A program made the translations under genes and the position numbers. Shown piece by piece: positions 1 to 8,742 of a stretch of 49,291 bases of DNA. Origin of the DNA: Gemmatimonadales bacterium. GTDB lineage: Bacteria > Gemmatimonadota > Gemmatimonadetes > Gemmatimonadales > GWC2-71-9. Numbering within the stretch: position 1 is the stretch's first letter; every line of letters starts with the position of its first letter. The stretch spans positions 1-49,291 of the forward strand of contig DATEGY010000316.1 of NCBI GenBank assembly GCA_035279865.1, given 5' to 3'. The notes under the pieces were generated by a model. The model did not search any database. It was not told the origin of the DNA and saw nothing but the letters and a program-made list of their open reading frames with translations.

Positions 1-213
1 GTCCCCATCTGCGGCGTCGATTTCGCGCAGCTCGGCAGGCAGTATCGCTGCCGCCGCGCGCAGGTTCTGGCCAACGTCCACTTTCTGGGACTGGGTTTGG
101 TAGAGCTGCTGGTTCTTCACCAGGACCCGGTAAATCCCGACCGAAATGATGCCGAGCAGGAGCAGTCCGACCATCAGCTCGACCAATGTGAACCCGCGCG
201 GTTTCACCGGCAT
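1..213 (-). CDS. prepilin-type N-terminal cleavage/methylation domain protein (minor pseudopilin, PilW/GspJ-like); 3' end lies outside the window
   Basis: Not in the ORF track because it runs off the window edge. Reverse strand from ATG 213-211 reads MPVKPRGFTLVELMVGLLLLGIISVGIYRVL... G|FTLVELMV is the prepilin class-III signal motif. The start overlaps the stop of the upstream pilin gene (204-206). Confidence 0.6.
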   Translation of the reverse strand, partial: MPVKPRGFTLVELMVGLLLLGIISVGIYRVLVKNQQLYQTQSQKVDVGQNLRAAAAILPAELREIDAADGD

Positions 214-587
214 GAGAGCCCCGTTTCCGCCACGAAAACCGTGGCCCGGAACCGCTTATTCGCTTTCCAGGAGTAGTAGGTCACCGAATCCAGAACCGTC
301 CAGGCGTCAGCGCCGAATTTGCTCACGTGAATGGCGCTGGTCGCGAGCGTCTGGTTCCCCACCTTCAGGGAATTAGTCCCGGTCTGGCTGGGTGTACCCG
401 CGCACCAGTTGAGGGACCGGAGACTATCAAGGGTCTTCTGCGTGAAATTCGCCACCAGCGAGTTGCCCTTGCCCTTGGCCAGCATCCGCGTGACGGTGGC
501 GCCCGCGCTCGCGAGCCCCAGAAGGCCCACGCACAGGATCACGACCGCGATCATGATCTCGACGATGGTAAAGCCGTGTCGGTTCAT
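204..587 (-). CDS. prepilin-type N-terminal methylation domain protein (pseudopilin, 127 aa)
   Basis: N-terminus MNRHGFTIVEIMIAVVILCVGLLGLA matches the G|FT(L/I)xE prepilin motif followed by a hydrophobic helix. Its start (585-587) overlaps the upstream stop by 1 nt (TAATG). Confidence 0.75.
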   Translation of the reverse strand: MNRHGFTIVEIMIAVVILCVGLLGLASAGATVTRMLAKGKGNSLVANFTQKTLDSLRSLNWCAGTPSQTGTNSLKVGNQTLATSAIHVSKFGADAWTVLDSVTYYSWKANKRFRATVFVAETGLSCR

Positions 588-1036
588 TAGTGGGTCACCT
601 TTCCCACGTTGTTGATGACGACCGAATCGCTGAATCCGCTGTTGCCGCCCGTCCCCGTAATGACGATCGTGCCGCCCGCGAACCCGACCAGAAAGCCCCG
701 CGGGTCAAAGCCATAATTCGTCGTAGCAGACGACAGGGTCACACCGAACCGCTTGCCGATATTGTCCACCGGGCCGACCGTATCGCGTCCCGTGCCCGAC
801 ACCTTACAGGCGGTCACCCATGCCTGCGTGCTGTTGATGTGCAGGCTGTCCACGCACCCGCGTTGAATGGCAGCCGCACGGGCCCGCGCCGTCAGGGTAG
901 AGAGCTCCAGGCGCGTCGAACGGATGTTGGCCTTCTGTGCCGCAGTCGTGAGCTTGGGCAGTGCCAGAGTCGTGAGCACCGCGATCAGGATGACCACAAC
1001 CATGAGCTCGAGCATCGTAAAGCCGGCATTTTTCAT
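587..1036 (-). CDS. GspH/FimT-like pseudopilin (149 aa)
   Basis: Internal start of track ORF 587..1270, at ATG 1036: MKNAGFTMLELMVVVILIAVLTTLALP (prepilin motif). GGGGAGG Shine-Dalgarno lies about 8 nt upstream. The longer N-terminal extension is not protein-like. Confidence 0.75.
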   Translation of the reverse strand: MKNAGFTMLELMVVVILIAVLTTLALPKLTTAAQKANIRSTRLELSTLTARARAAAIQRGCVDSLHINSTQAWVTACKVSGTGRDTVGPVDNIGKRFGVTLSSATTNYGFDPRGFLVGFAGGTIVITGTGGNSGFSDSVVINNVGKVTH

Positions 1037-1071
1037 CGGTGACGTCCTCCCCATTCCGGGGTCCCTAGTTG

Positions 1072-1087
1072 GCGATATTTGTGCCAT
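1072..1087 (-). promoter_or_regulatory. sigma54-type (-24/-12) promoter candidate for the pseudopilin operon
   Basis: Reverse strand reads TGGCAC-AAATA-TCGC, with exact GG-N10-GC spacing and one mismatch to TGGCAC-N5-TTGC. It lies about 35-50 nt upstream of ATG 1036 in an AT-rich intergenic island. Confidence 0.45.
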
Positions 1088-1227
1088 ATACCTAAAACTA
1101 TGCACTGCAACAAGATATGCATTTTCTGGACTCCGGAAAGCCACCGGGAAATCGCGGAAACAGGATATTGTAGTGCGTTTTTTTGCATAGCGGATCGCGA
1201 AGCGAACCCACGGAAACGGAGCCCTCT

Positions 1228-2115
1228 GTGAGCTGCCGCAGTCTCGCAACCGCCCTCGCCGCAGCGTCATTCCTGACCTCGGTCGCCGCCGCCCAGATCA
1301 CCTACGGTATCTCCGGCGGAGCCGCGAAGCTGAACGATCTGCAAAAGGACCAGACCTTCACCGCCACGCTTCAGTGGCAGCCCCGGTCGTGGCTCGGATT
1401 GTCGGTGGCGCCGGGGTACATCCATGCCGAAAACGACTCGGCGGGTGTGCCCTATACGAGCACCGGACTCGGCGACCTCCCCGTGGCCGCGGATCTGTCG
1501 TACAGCTTCGACGACGCGTTCTGGTCCCCCGACATCGGGACCTCCCTCACGCTCACGCTACCCACGGGTCTCCAGCGCTGCGGCCTCGGGACCGGCCAGA
1601 CCGGCGTCGGCGTCGATCTGGGTGTCGGCGTCCAGCCTATCGATCCGCTGCACGTGGCCCTGACCACCAGCCGGGATCTGACCGGCCAGGGAGCGGCGTC
1701 ACTGCTGGACCCGCCGCACGCGACGTCGCTCTCCCTCGAAGCGTCGTACGACGTCTCGCCACGGCTCTCGGCCGGACTCTCCTTCGGCGGGGACTTCGGG
1801 ACCCCTGATTCCGGCGAGACCCTGCCCCGCACGATCGGCGGCGGGACCACCATCCACCTCCCCCATAGCCCCTTTTCCTTCGCCATCAGCGGCAGTCACA
1901 GTCTCACGTCGGGACCACCGCGCTGGGCCCTCACGATCGGGTTCGGCACCGCATTCGCCGGTACCGATCCGGTGGGGCTCAACTCACCTCTGCACCTCTT
2001 GAAGAAGGCGTTGAATGGTTCGGTGGGACGGGGCAGCGGCAAAGGCAAGGTCGGTGGAAGCAACCGGGGCAAGGGCGGCGGCGGTGGCGGAGCAGTCGCC
2101 ACGTCCTGCAGCTGA
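1228..2115 (+). CDS. putative outer-membrane beta-barrel protein with Gly-rich C-terminal tail
   Basis: GTG 1228 preceded by GGAG. Signal peptide MSCRSLATALAAASFLTSVAAAQ. Alternating beta-strand-like pattern with a TGLGDL motif, as in MetA-pathway/transporter-type barrels. Tail GKGKVGGSNRGKGGGGGG. Function is inferred only. Confidence 0.5.
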   Translation: MSCRSLATALAAASFLTSVAAAQITYGISGGAAKLNDLQKDQTFTATLQWQPRSWLGLSVAPGYIHAENDSAGVPYTSTGLGDLPVAADLSYSFDDAFWSPDIGTSLTLTLPTGLQRCGLGTGQTGVGVDLGVGVQPIDPLHVALTTSRDLTGQGAASLLDPPHATSLSLEASYDVSPRLSAGLSFGGDFGTPDSGETLPRTIGGGTTIHLPHSPFSFAISGSHSLTSGPPRWALTIGFGTAFAGTDPVGLNSPLHLLKKALNGSVGRGSGKGKVGGSNRGKGGGGGGAVATSCS

Positions 2116-2116
2116 C

Positions 2117-3058
2117 CTATTTCGGAGCGCCGATCACTCGATCCACGACGTAGAGTGGCCGGCGCTTCACTTCTTCGTATACCCGTCCCATGTAGGCACC
2201 GATGACGCCCAGGAAAAAGAGATTGACGCCGGACAGAAACACGATCGCCACGATCAAGGTCGTGAAGCCCTGCGGGCTCTGCTTCAAGACGAACTTGGCG
2301 TAGATGGCCCAGGGTACGTAGAGCGTCGCCAGACCGATGGCCAGCGTTCCGAGCAGGGCCGCGGCCTTCAGGGGAACGGTGGAGAACGCGAAGATCCCGT
2401 TGGATGCCAGCCGGATCAGGGCCCAGAGACTGTACTGGCTCTTCCCGGTCACTCGCGCGGGCCGGTCCACCTCCACGCCGAGCTGCTTGAACCCTGCCCA
2501 CGCCCGCAAGCCCCGGAGATAGCGGTGGTGCTCGGGAGAGCTCTTGAGCACCTCGACCACGCGCCGTGACATGAGCGAGAAGTCTCCCGCGTCGAGGGGC
2601 AGGGGCAGCGTGGACAGCGAGGCCATCAGCCGGTAGAAGGCGTAGTAGCAGAACCGCAGCCACCACGACTCCTTCCGGCCCACGCGCATGGCATAGACGA
2701 CGTCGTACCCCTCGGCGTAGTGCTTCAGGAACCGCGCGATCTCCTCCGGCGGATCCTGGAGATCCCCGTCCATCACCACCACGACATCGCCGGTCACATG
2801 ATCGAGGGCCGCCGTGAGGGCCGTTTGATGCCCGAAGTTACGCGACAGGGCCACGACCTTGAGCCGTCGCTCCTGGCCCGCCACCTGCTCCAGCACCCGG
2901 ACCGTGCCGTCCCCGCTCCCGTCGTCGACACAGACGATTTCGTGCGGACCGCCCGGAATGCCGTCCAACGCGGCTCCCACGCGCCGGATCAACTCGGGCA
3001 CCCCCTGCTCCTCGTTGAAGAGCGGGATACCGACCGAAACCCGTGGCTGGCGCATCAC
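2117..3058 (-). CDS. family-2 glycosyltransferase, polyprenyl-phosphate sugar synthase type (GtrB/ArnC/DPM1-like)
   Basis: VSVGIPLFNEEQGVPELI...VCVDDGSGDGT...DGDLQDPPE GT2 motifs plus two C-terminal TM helices. The start overlaps the stop of the upstream methyltransferase. Confidence 0.85.
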   Translation of the reverse strand: MMRQPRVSVGIPLFNEEQGVPELIRRVGAALDGIPGGPHEIVCVDDGSGDGTVRVLEQVAGQERRLKVVALSRNFGHQTALTAALDHVTGDVVVVMDGDLQDPPEEIARFLKHYAEGYDVVYAMRVGRKESWWLRFCYYAFYRLMASLSTLPLPLDAGDFSLMSRRVVEVLKSSPEHHRYLRGLRAWAGFKQLGVEVDRPARVTGKSQYSLWALIRLASNGIFAFSTVPLKAAALLGTLAIGLATLYVPWAIYAKFVLKQSPQGFTTLIVAIVFLSGVNLFFLGVIGAYMGRVYEEVKRRPLYVVDRVIGAPK

Positions 3059-3654
3059 CGGCGTTTCCGCCCTTTGAAGTACACGAATTTCCAGAGCGCC
3101 ACGCCCGCCAGACCCACGGAGTAGGGTTCGAAGACGACTTCCTCGAAGTGCTGGTTGAAAATCCCCCGCCAGTCTTCGAGCGGTCGCGGATAGTCCCCGC
3201 GGTCCATCCTGGCCAGCAGGCGGGAGGGAGACGCGTTGGGGGGCAGTACCAGCTCGATGATGTGGACGAACCCGGTCGGGGGCAGCAGCGAAGGCAGGTG
3301 GCCCAGAATCCGGTGAGTGCTGGGCAGATCCACGTGATGGAGAAAACTGTTCACCAGGATGCAGTCGAAGGGATCACCGGTCACCTGGTATTGCGTGATA
3401 TCCGCCGCCAGGAAAGCCCTCCGGTAACGCCTGGTCGCGTCCGCCACGTACTGGGGATTGATGTCCACGCCCAGATAGTCGCAGTGCGCAAAGTGCGGCG
3501 CGTTGGTCCCGGGCCCGCACCCCACGTCCAGCACACGCTTGAGTTGTGTGAAATCCGTACGCGCCCGCATGGGCGCCAGCTTCGCCTCAGCGAAGGGCGC
3601 CATCCAGGCCCGGTAAACCCAGGGCTGCTCGAGCAGCCGGTCCGTGAGTCTCAT
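3055..3654 (-). CDS. class I SAM-dependent methyltransferase (199 aa)
   Basis: C-terminal part of track ORF 3055..4794, starting at ATG 3654 (MRLTDRLLEQPW...). Motif I is VLDVGCGPGTN. ATGA overlap with the upstream gene stop at 3651-3653. Confidence 0.8.
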   Translation of the reverse strand: MRLTDRLLEQPWVYRAWMAPFAEAKLAPMRARTDFTQLKRVLDVGCGPGTNAPHFAHCDYLGVDINPQYVADATRRYRRAFLAADITQYQVTGDPFDCILVNSFLHHVDLPSTHRILGHLPSLLPPTGFVHIIELVLPPNASPSRLLARMDRGDYPRPLEDWRGIFNQHFEEVVFEPYSVGLAGVALWKFVYFKGRKRR

Positions 3655-5468
3655 TCCCGCCACCGCACCTCGAAGCGACCGATGGTTGCCGCGTGAGGAT
3701 ACCGTACCGCAAGCGCCGCCGCGAGGTCGGTCGGGACCGGTCCCGAGAAGCCGGGACGGCTGTTCAACACCACGGCCGTCACCCCGGTGGAATCGAGCCT
3801 GGCGAGAATCCGTCCCGTCCGGCCAACTGGATCGTCGAAGAAGTCGAACAGCGTCCGCGTCGGATTCCTGGTGTGCGTGAGCACGTTTACTTCGGGGCAA
3901 TCGGGCGTCGCGTACAGATACCGTCCGTGCACATGCGCCCCCACCAGGGCAGTCATTCCCGTGTATTCGGCCGAATCGTCGGTGCTCACCAACAAGCCGG
4001 TTCCCGGGAGACGGGCAGCCATGCTGACCGGCCGGTAGCGCACTCCGTAGTCGCCGACGAACGAGGGGCGGAGCCAGCGCAGCGGAAACAGCGCGGCGAA
4101 CACGAGCAGCGCGCCGCCGAAGACGGGCCAGGATGCCGCTCCGTGGAACCGCTTTTCCAGCACCACGGCCGCCGCCACCACGGCCAAAGGCGCGATATAC
4201 AGGAAATAGACCTGGTGACTGAAGGGGAACTGCACCAGTCCCGCGACCGCGGCGACCGCAATCAAGGCGAACGTCTGCTGTCGCTCGAGGGGAGACCAGT
4301 CCCGGCCTGACCGCCGGAGAACCAGGGCCGCGGCGATGACCGTGAGTGGTACGAGCCACTGGAAGGAATTCCATGCGATCCGGTAGTAGTTCCCCTTGAA
4401 GCCCAGGACCCATACCACCCCGAGCAACGCCGCCGTCCCGGCGGCGACCCATCGCCTCCACGTGGGGCGCCACCAGAACAGCACCACCGGCACCACGAAG
4501 AGCAGCGCGTTGGGCGTCGTGTTGAGACCGGGTGCTCGCCACGCGGCGAACGTGAATCGCCGTGTCGGCGCCACGAAGACGTCGTAGGCAATCGCTCCGA
4601 GACTGTGGCTGACGATGTACGGAAGGAGAAACAAGACGACCGGCACGGCCACTCCCGCCGCGAGGACGGCGACGCTCCGCGAAAGGGCGGCAAGGCGGGT
4701 CCTGAAGACTCCGCGCCCGGGCTCCCCGCTCAGGAGCAGTGCGACGAGCACCCCGGACGGGAGGAAGAACAGCGCGAGGTCGCCACCGGTCCATCGCCCC
4801 CGCAGGAGATCGAGAATGCCCGCGAGGAACAGCAGCAGCGCGCTGCCGACCAGCACCCGGAACCAGGGGGATCCCGGCTGGGAGGACTCAGCGACCGTGG
4901 ACTGCTCCCGGTAGACCAGAAAGAGCAGGGCACCGGCGATGTAATAGAGTCCGATGATCTTGGCGAGACAGGAGAGCCCGCCGCATACGCCCGCCCAGAA
5001 GACCCAGCGCATCGCCGCTGTCTCGGTATGTCGGATCAGGCAGGCGACACCCAGGCCGGCGAAAAACAGGTTGAACCAGGACGGCATCGCCGCTGAGTAG
5101 TTCGGCATACTCCAGGCGACGGCAGCGAGCGTGACGCCTCCCGCTCCGACGGGGCCGAAGAACCGCGACGCCACGTAGAAGGTCGCCGGCACCCAGAGTG
5201 CGAACACCAGGAGCAGGACGAGACGCGGGGACACGAGATTGTCCCCGAACACCCGGAACGCCGCCGCATCCGCGAACGCCAGCCCGCCCGTGTAGATCTC
5301 GTCGTAGTCGCGGTGTGGGAGCTGGCCCGCGAGCACCCGGTCGGCGCTCTGTCCCAATGTGCCTTCGTCGTGGGGGAACCAGCCGCGGTTCAGGCCCGCG
5401 GCGGCGTAGCCGACGCTCAGGCACCAGGTGAGAGCGAGCAGGAGCCAGAACCGCCGCGCGTCGCTCAT
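3651..5468 (-). CDS. GT-C fold membrane glycosyltransferase (ArnT/PMT, GT39/83-like), 605 aa
   Basis: Multi-TM N-terminal region with a first-loop acidic motif (FPHDEGTLG) and YRD motif typical of PMT_2/ArnT-like enzymes, plus a soluble C-terminal domain. ATGA overlap with the upstream gene. Confidence 0.75.
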   Translation of the reverse strand: MSDARRFWLLLALTWCLSVGYAAAGLNRGWFPHDEGTLGQSADRVLAGQLPHRDYDEIYTGGLAFADAAAFRVFGDNLVSPRLVLLLVFALWVPATFYVASRFFGPVGAGGVTLAAVAWSMPNYSAAMPSWFNLFFAGLGVACLIRHTETAAMRWVFWAGVCGGLSCLAKIIGLYYIAGALLFLVYREQSTVAESSQPGSPWFRVLVGSALLLFLAGILDLLRGRWTGGDLALFFLPSGVLVALLLSGEPGRGVFRTRLAALSRSVAVLAAGVAVPVVLFLLPYIVSHSLGAIAYDVFVAPTRRFTFAAWRAPGLNTTPNALLFVVPVVLFWWRPTWRRWVAAGTAALLGVVWVLGFKGNYYRIAWNSFQWLVPLTVIAAALVLRRSGRDWSPLERQQTFALIAVAAVAGLVQFPFSHQVYFLYIAPLAVVAAAVVLEKRFHGAASWPVFGGALLVFAALFPLRWLRPSFVGDYGVRYRPVSMAARLPGTGLLVSTDDSAEYTGMTALVGAHVHGRYLYATPDCPEVNVLTHTRNPTRTLFDFFDDPVGRTGRILARLDSTGVTAVVLNSRPGFSGPVPTDLAAALAVRYPHAATIGRFEVRWRE

Positions 5469-7039
5469 CGCCGGTACCGGTAGAGGGCGGCGCCGGACAC
5501 CGAGTCCGCGTACACGCGGGTCATCCCCGAGTCCGCCAGCGCGTGGAGCAGACTCGACGCTTCATCGCGGTAGGTCTGCGCAAACAGCAGCCAAACATCC
5601 GGCCCGCCGGCGCCCAGTATCCGGTGTGCCTCGTGCCCTGCCCACGCAGGATCGACGCTCGGCCGCGTGGCCCCGCCGGCCGGGAACCAGTCGATCCCGG
5701 TATAGTGCCCGATGATTTCGCGGCGCCCGTTGCGCGTGACGGTGAGATCTGCCTGCGGGGTGCCGCCGACCGTCACCAGGGCGGTCATCCAGGCCGAGTC
5801 CGGGTTGGTCCAATCAGTCGTGTAGATCACCCACGCGGGTACTGATCCCTGAAAGACGTACACGGGATCCCGGGGGTTCGCCCGGCCCTTCCAGTCGGAG
5901 ATCAGGTCACGCATCGCGGGCGTCCGGTACGGGTGACTGACGTTGACGGTGAGCAGCAGCAGCGCGACCAGGGCGCCGAGGCCGGGCACGGTGCTCCTGC
6001 CTCGGGGCCACCTCTGCCATGCTTCCGACAGCCAGGCGCCCACCGCGCCGATCCAGAGCGCGACGAGCGGCATGGTGAACTGGAGGAGGCGCCAGGAAAA
6101 AGGGTAGCGCCGGAATGACGAGGCGACGACCGTCATGACGACGGGCCCCGCGATCAGCCAGGTCCGTCCCCACCCCGTTCGCCGAACCAGCCAGATGATG
6201 CCGAGCAGGGCGACGAGGCAGAAGAGCGTCGCGGCGACGGCCGGAGACGGGCGCAGCAGCAGGGCCTCGAGAAAGCTGTTCCGCAGGATACCGTACGCCC
6301 GCCCATGGAAACCGAACGCCCGCGGGACGAGAAAATCCGGCGCCCAGAACCGCTGCATGAACGGGCTGCCGGCTGCGGTACGGTACATCCCCTGGTAGAT
6401 CGCCGCAAAGAGGCCGAGCCAGCACAGCGCGGCGAGACCGAGCCATGCCCATCGGGTCCTCCACTTGGCTATGGCGAGGCAGATCCCGATGGCGGCAAGG
6501 ACGAAGAGGGCCGGCGTTGAAAGGCACGCGGCGACGGCACCCGTCCCGATGAGCCACGCCCAGGAGCGACCGTCGTCGGTCTCTCTGGCGGTGAGCGCCC
6601 TGTCGAGGAGGACCACGGTGACGAGCGCGTCGAGGGCATACGGCTTCACGATCGCGCTGTATTGCACGAGGCCCGGGGCGAGTGCCACCACCAGACTCGC
6701 GAAAAGCGCCGCCCCTTCCGGCAAGATCCGGCGGGCGAGGCGCCAGAATGCCCAGGGTAAGAGCAGTCCGCCCAACAAGGGCAGCGCGCGGAGTGCGAGC
6801 TCGTTGACGCCGGCCACAACCGTCACGGCTTTCGTCAGCCACAAGTAGAGCGGAGGCGCGGTCTGGCCGTACTCGAGGGGCCGGAGCAGTCCCCCGAACG
6901 ACCTCGAGGCGATGCTGATGGACAGCATCGCCTCATCGAACGAGAACGAGGGCCGGCGGAAATACGGAATGAGGCGGGCTGCCGCGCCGATGAGGGTCAC
7001 CGCCACGACGCCACGCGGAAGACGGCTGGCCGGATTCAC
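5465..7039 (-). CDS. GT-C fold membrane glycosyltransferase, paralog A (524 aa, GTG start)
   Basis: In frame with track ORF 5465..7825, but starting at GTG 7039 (GTGA overlap with the upstream stop at 7036-7038). VNPASRLPRGVV...PYFRRPSFSFDEAMLSI...ELALRALPLLGG aligns along its length with the next gene. Confidence 0.7.
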   Translation of the reverse strand: MNPASRLPRGVVAVTLIGAAARLIPYFRRPSFSFDEAMLSISIASRSFGGLLRPLEYGQTAPPLYLWLTKAVTVVAGVNELALRALPLLGGLLLPWAFWRLARRILPEGAALFASLVVALAPGLVQYSAIVKPYALDALVTVVLLDRALTARETDDGRSWAWLIGTGAVAACLSTPALFVLAAIGICLAIAKWRTRWAWLGLAALCWLGLFAAIYQGMYRTAAGSPFMQRFWAPDFLVPRAFGFHGRAYGILRNSFLEALLLRPSPAVAATLFCLVALLGIIWLVRRTGWGRTWLIAGPVVMTVVASSFRRYPFSWRLLQFTMPLVALWIGAVGAWLSEAWQRWPRGRSTVPGLGALVALLLLTVNVSHPYRTPAMRDLISDWKGRANPRDPVYVFQGSVPAWVIYTTDWTNPDSAWMTALVTVGGTPQADLTVTRNGRREIIGHYTGIDWFPAGGATRPSVDPAWAGHEAHRILGAGGPDVWLLFAQTYRDEASSLLHALADSGMTRVYADSVSGAALYRYRR

Positions 7040-8730
7040 GGCTTGAACTGTAACTGATACAAGGCTGCTTGATGGTCGGTCCGCACCGCGGTCGCACCGG
7101 CACCCAGACCCTTCAGGGTGTCCAACAGCTCCCGGACTACCGGGGAGTTGGTCGGCGCGACGACGATCCAGACGGCGGGGCCCGCTCCGCGAATCCGGCG
7201 GGCCTCGTGGCTCGCCCATCCCGGATCCGGAGCCGCCTGACTGAACATCGCCCCCTCCCGGTACTGAATGCCCGGGGCCAGGCCCAGGAGCTCCCGACGA
7301 CCTCCGGCATGCACCACCAGCCCGACGCCCTCGGTATCCGACAGAGCACGCCCCCGACCCAGCGCATTGTGAAATGCTTCGCCATTCGCTTCCTGGGTGG
7401 AAAGGATTTCCCTCACCCGGGCCATGTCGGGGTGCGCCCAGTCTGTCGAGTACAGGGTCCACGCGGGGATTGCCGCGGAGTAGATGTAGACGGACGGTGC
7501 GCCCAGGGCCGCGCGCGTGATGGGCCTCAGACCCGGTGCCCAGAAATCGGTTCTCACTCCGAGCCACGCCAGGCCGGCAACGAACACGACGGCCAGGGTC
7601 CAGGCGCCTGCGTTCGCGCGCCTTCCGAAGTCCTCGGTCCAATCCAGCGCGCCACCGAAGAGAAGGACCATGATGGGAGCGGCAAACAGATCGACCCGCG
7701 GGCTGATGGGATAGAGGCTGAGCGACGCCGCGACCAGTATCACTCCGATCGGGGCGACCATGAGCAAGGCCACGTCTCGCCGGTGCCGGACCAGGCGCCA
7801 CACGCCCAGCGCACCCAGGGCCCACAGGAGCAAGGTTGGTTCGCTCGTTCCCCGCGCGAGAAGGAATGCCCCGGCCGGCAGGCGCTTGACGACATTCCAG
7901 ACGGTCCCGGGGTCAGACCAGGTGGACGGAGGGATGAACCGCGCCGCCCAGAAGCTCCGCATGTAAGGGGTCGCGGACTCAGGACGCGTGATCGGAAAGT
8001 AGATCGCTGCGAAGACCGCACCCCACACACCGGCGGCCACCACGAGCCAGCCCCATCGCGGCCGGCAGAGTGCCACCGCGAAGATCGTCCCCGCGAGGAC
8101 GAAGACGGCCGGCGTGGAGAAGAGGAGAGCGCCTGCGCCCACCCCCAACAGCCTCCACCAGCCTCCGGATTCGTCCGGATGGTCCAGCACCGTCAGGGCA
8201 CACTGGAGCACGATCACCGTGGCGAGGGCGTCCACCACGTAAGGCTTTGCCGTGATGCTGTACAGGAGGATGATTGGCGAGGAGGCGGCGAGGGCCGCCG
8301 CCAGAAGTGCCCCCCCAGGAGTGGCTGACCCCGGGCCGGCGGCCCGGGGATTGGGGAGCACTCGGGTCGCCAATCGCCACACCGCATAGGGCAACACCAA
8401 CCCGGCCACCAGGGGGAGCGCCCGCAGCGCGAACTCGTTCACTCCCAACAGCAGGGTCAGGGTCTTGAGGACCCAGAGAAAGGCCGGGGGGGCGGTCTGT
8501 TCCAGGCTCAGGGGACGCAGGAGTTCGCCGAAAGACCGCGTCGCGACGTTGAGCGCCAGCATCGCGTCGTCCGCGATCAGGGAGGGATTCCGGAAGAACG
8601 GTACCAGCCGGTATAACGCGCCGAGGACCAGCACGAGCACGATCGCTCGGCTGGTCCAGGAACGCTCAGACGGAGTCGGAGGAGGAGCGCCGGTCACGCC
8701 GAAGAAGATACCGTCCGAAATGACCGGCAC
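7036..8730 (-). CDS. GT-C fold membrane glycosyltransferase, paralog B (564 aa)
   Basis: PFFRNPSLIADDAMLALNV...EFALRALPLVAGL, many TM segments, and a C-terminal soluble domain paralogous to 5465..7039. Confidence 0.75.
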   Translation of the reverse strand: MPVISDGIFFGVTGAPPPTPSERSWTSRAIVLVLVLGALYRLVPFFRNPSLIADDAMLALNVATRSFGELLRPLSLEQTAPPAFLWVLKTLTLLLGVNEFALRALPLVAGLVLPYAVWRLATRVLPNPRAAGPGSATPGGALLAAALAASSPIILLYSITAKPYVVDALATVIVLQCALTVLDHPDESGGWWRLLGVGAGALLFSTPAVFVLAGTIFAVALCRPRWGWLVVAAGVWGAVFAAIYFPITRPESATPYMRSFWAARFIPPSTWSDPGTVWNVVKRLPAGAFLLARGTSEPTLLLWALGALGVWRLVRHRRDVALLMVAPIGVILVAASLSLYPISPRVDLFAAPIMVLLFGGALDWTEDFGRRANAGAWTLAVVFVAGLAWLGVRTDFWAPGLRPITRAALGAPSVYIYSAAIPAWTLYSTDWAHPDMARVREILSTQEANGEAFHNALGRGRALSDTEGVGLVVHAGGRRELLGLAPGIQYREGAMFSQAAPDPGWASHEARRIRGAGPAVWIVVAPTNSPVVRELLDTLKGLGAGATAVRTDHQAALYQLQFKP

Positions 8731-8742
8731 CGAAAAGGTCCT

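Noticed and set aside
2040-2100. GGC-rich low-complexity stretch as a meaningful DNA repeat
   Set aside because: It simply encodes the Gly-rich tail of the OM protein and has no regular unit structure.
3655-4794. N-terminal 380-aa extension of the methyltransferase ORF (3055..4794), and similarly 7040..7825 for the GT-C paralog
   Set aside because: The extensions are Arg/Gly/Pro-rich shadow frames lying entirely inside the neighbouring real genes. Internal starts give ATGA/GTGA coupling and complete domains.
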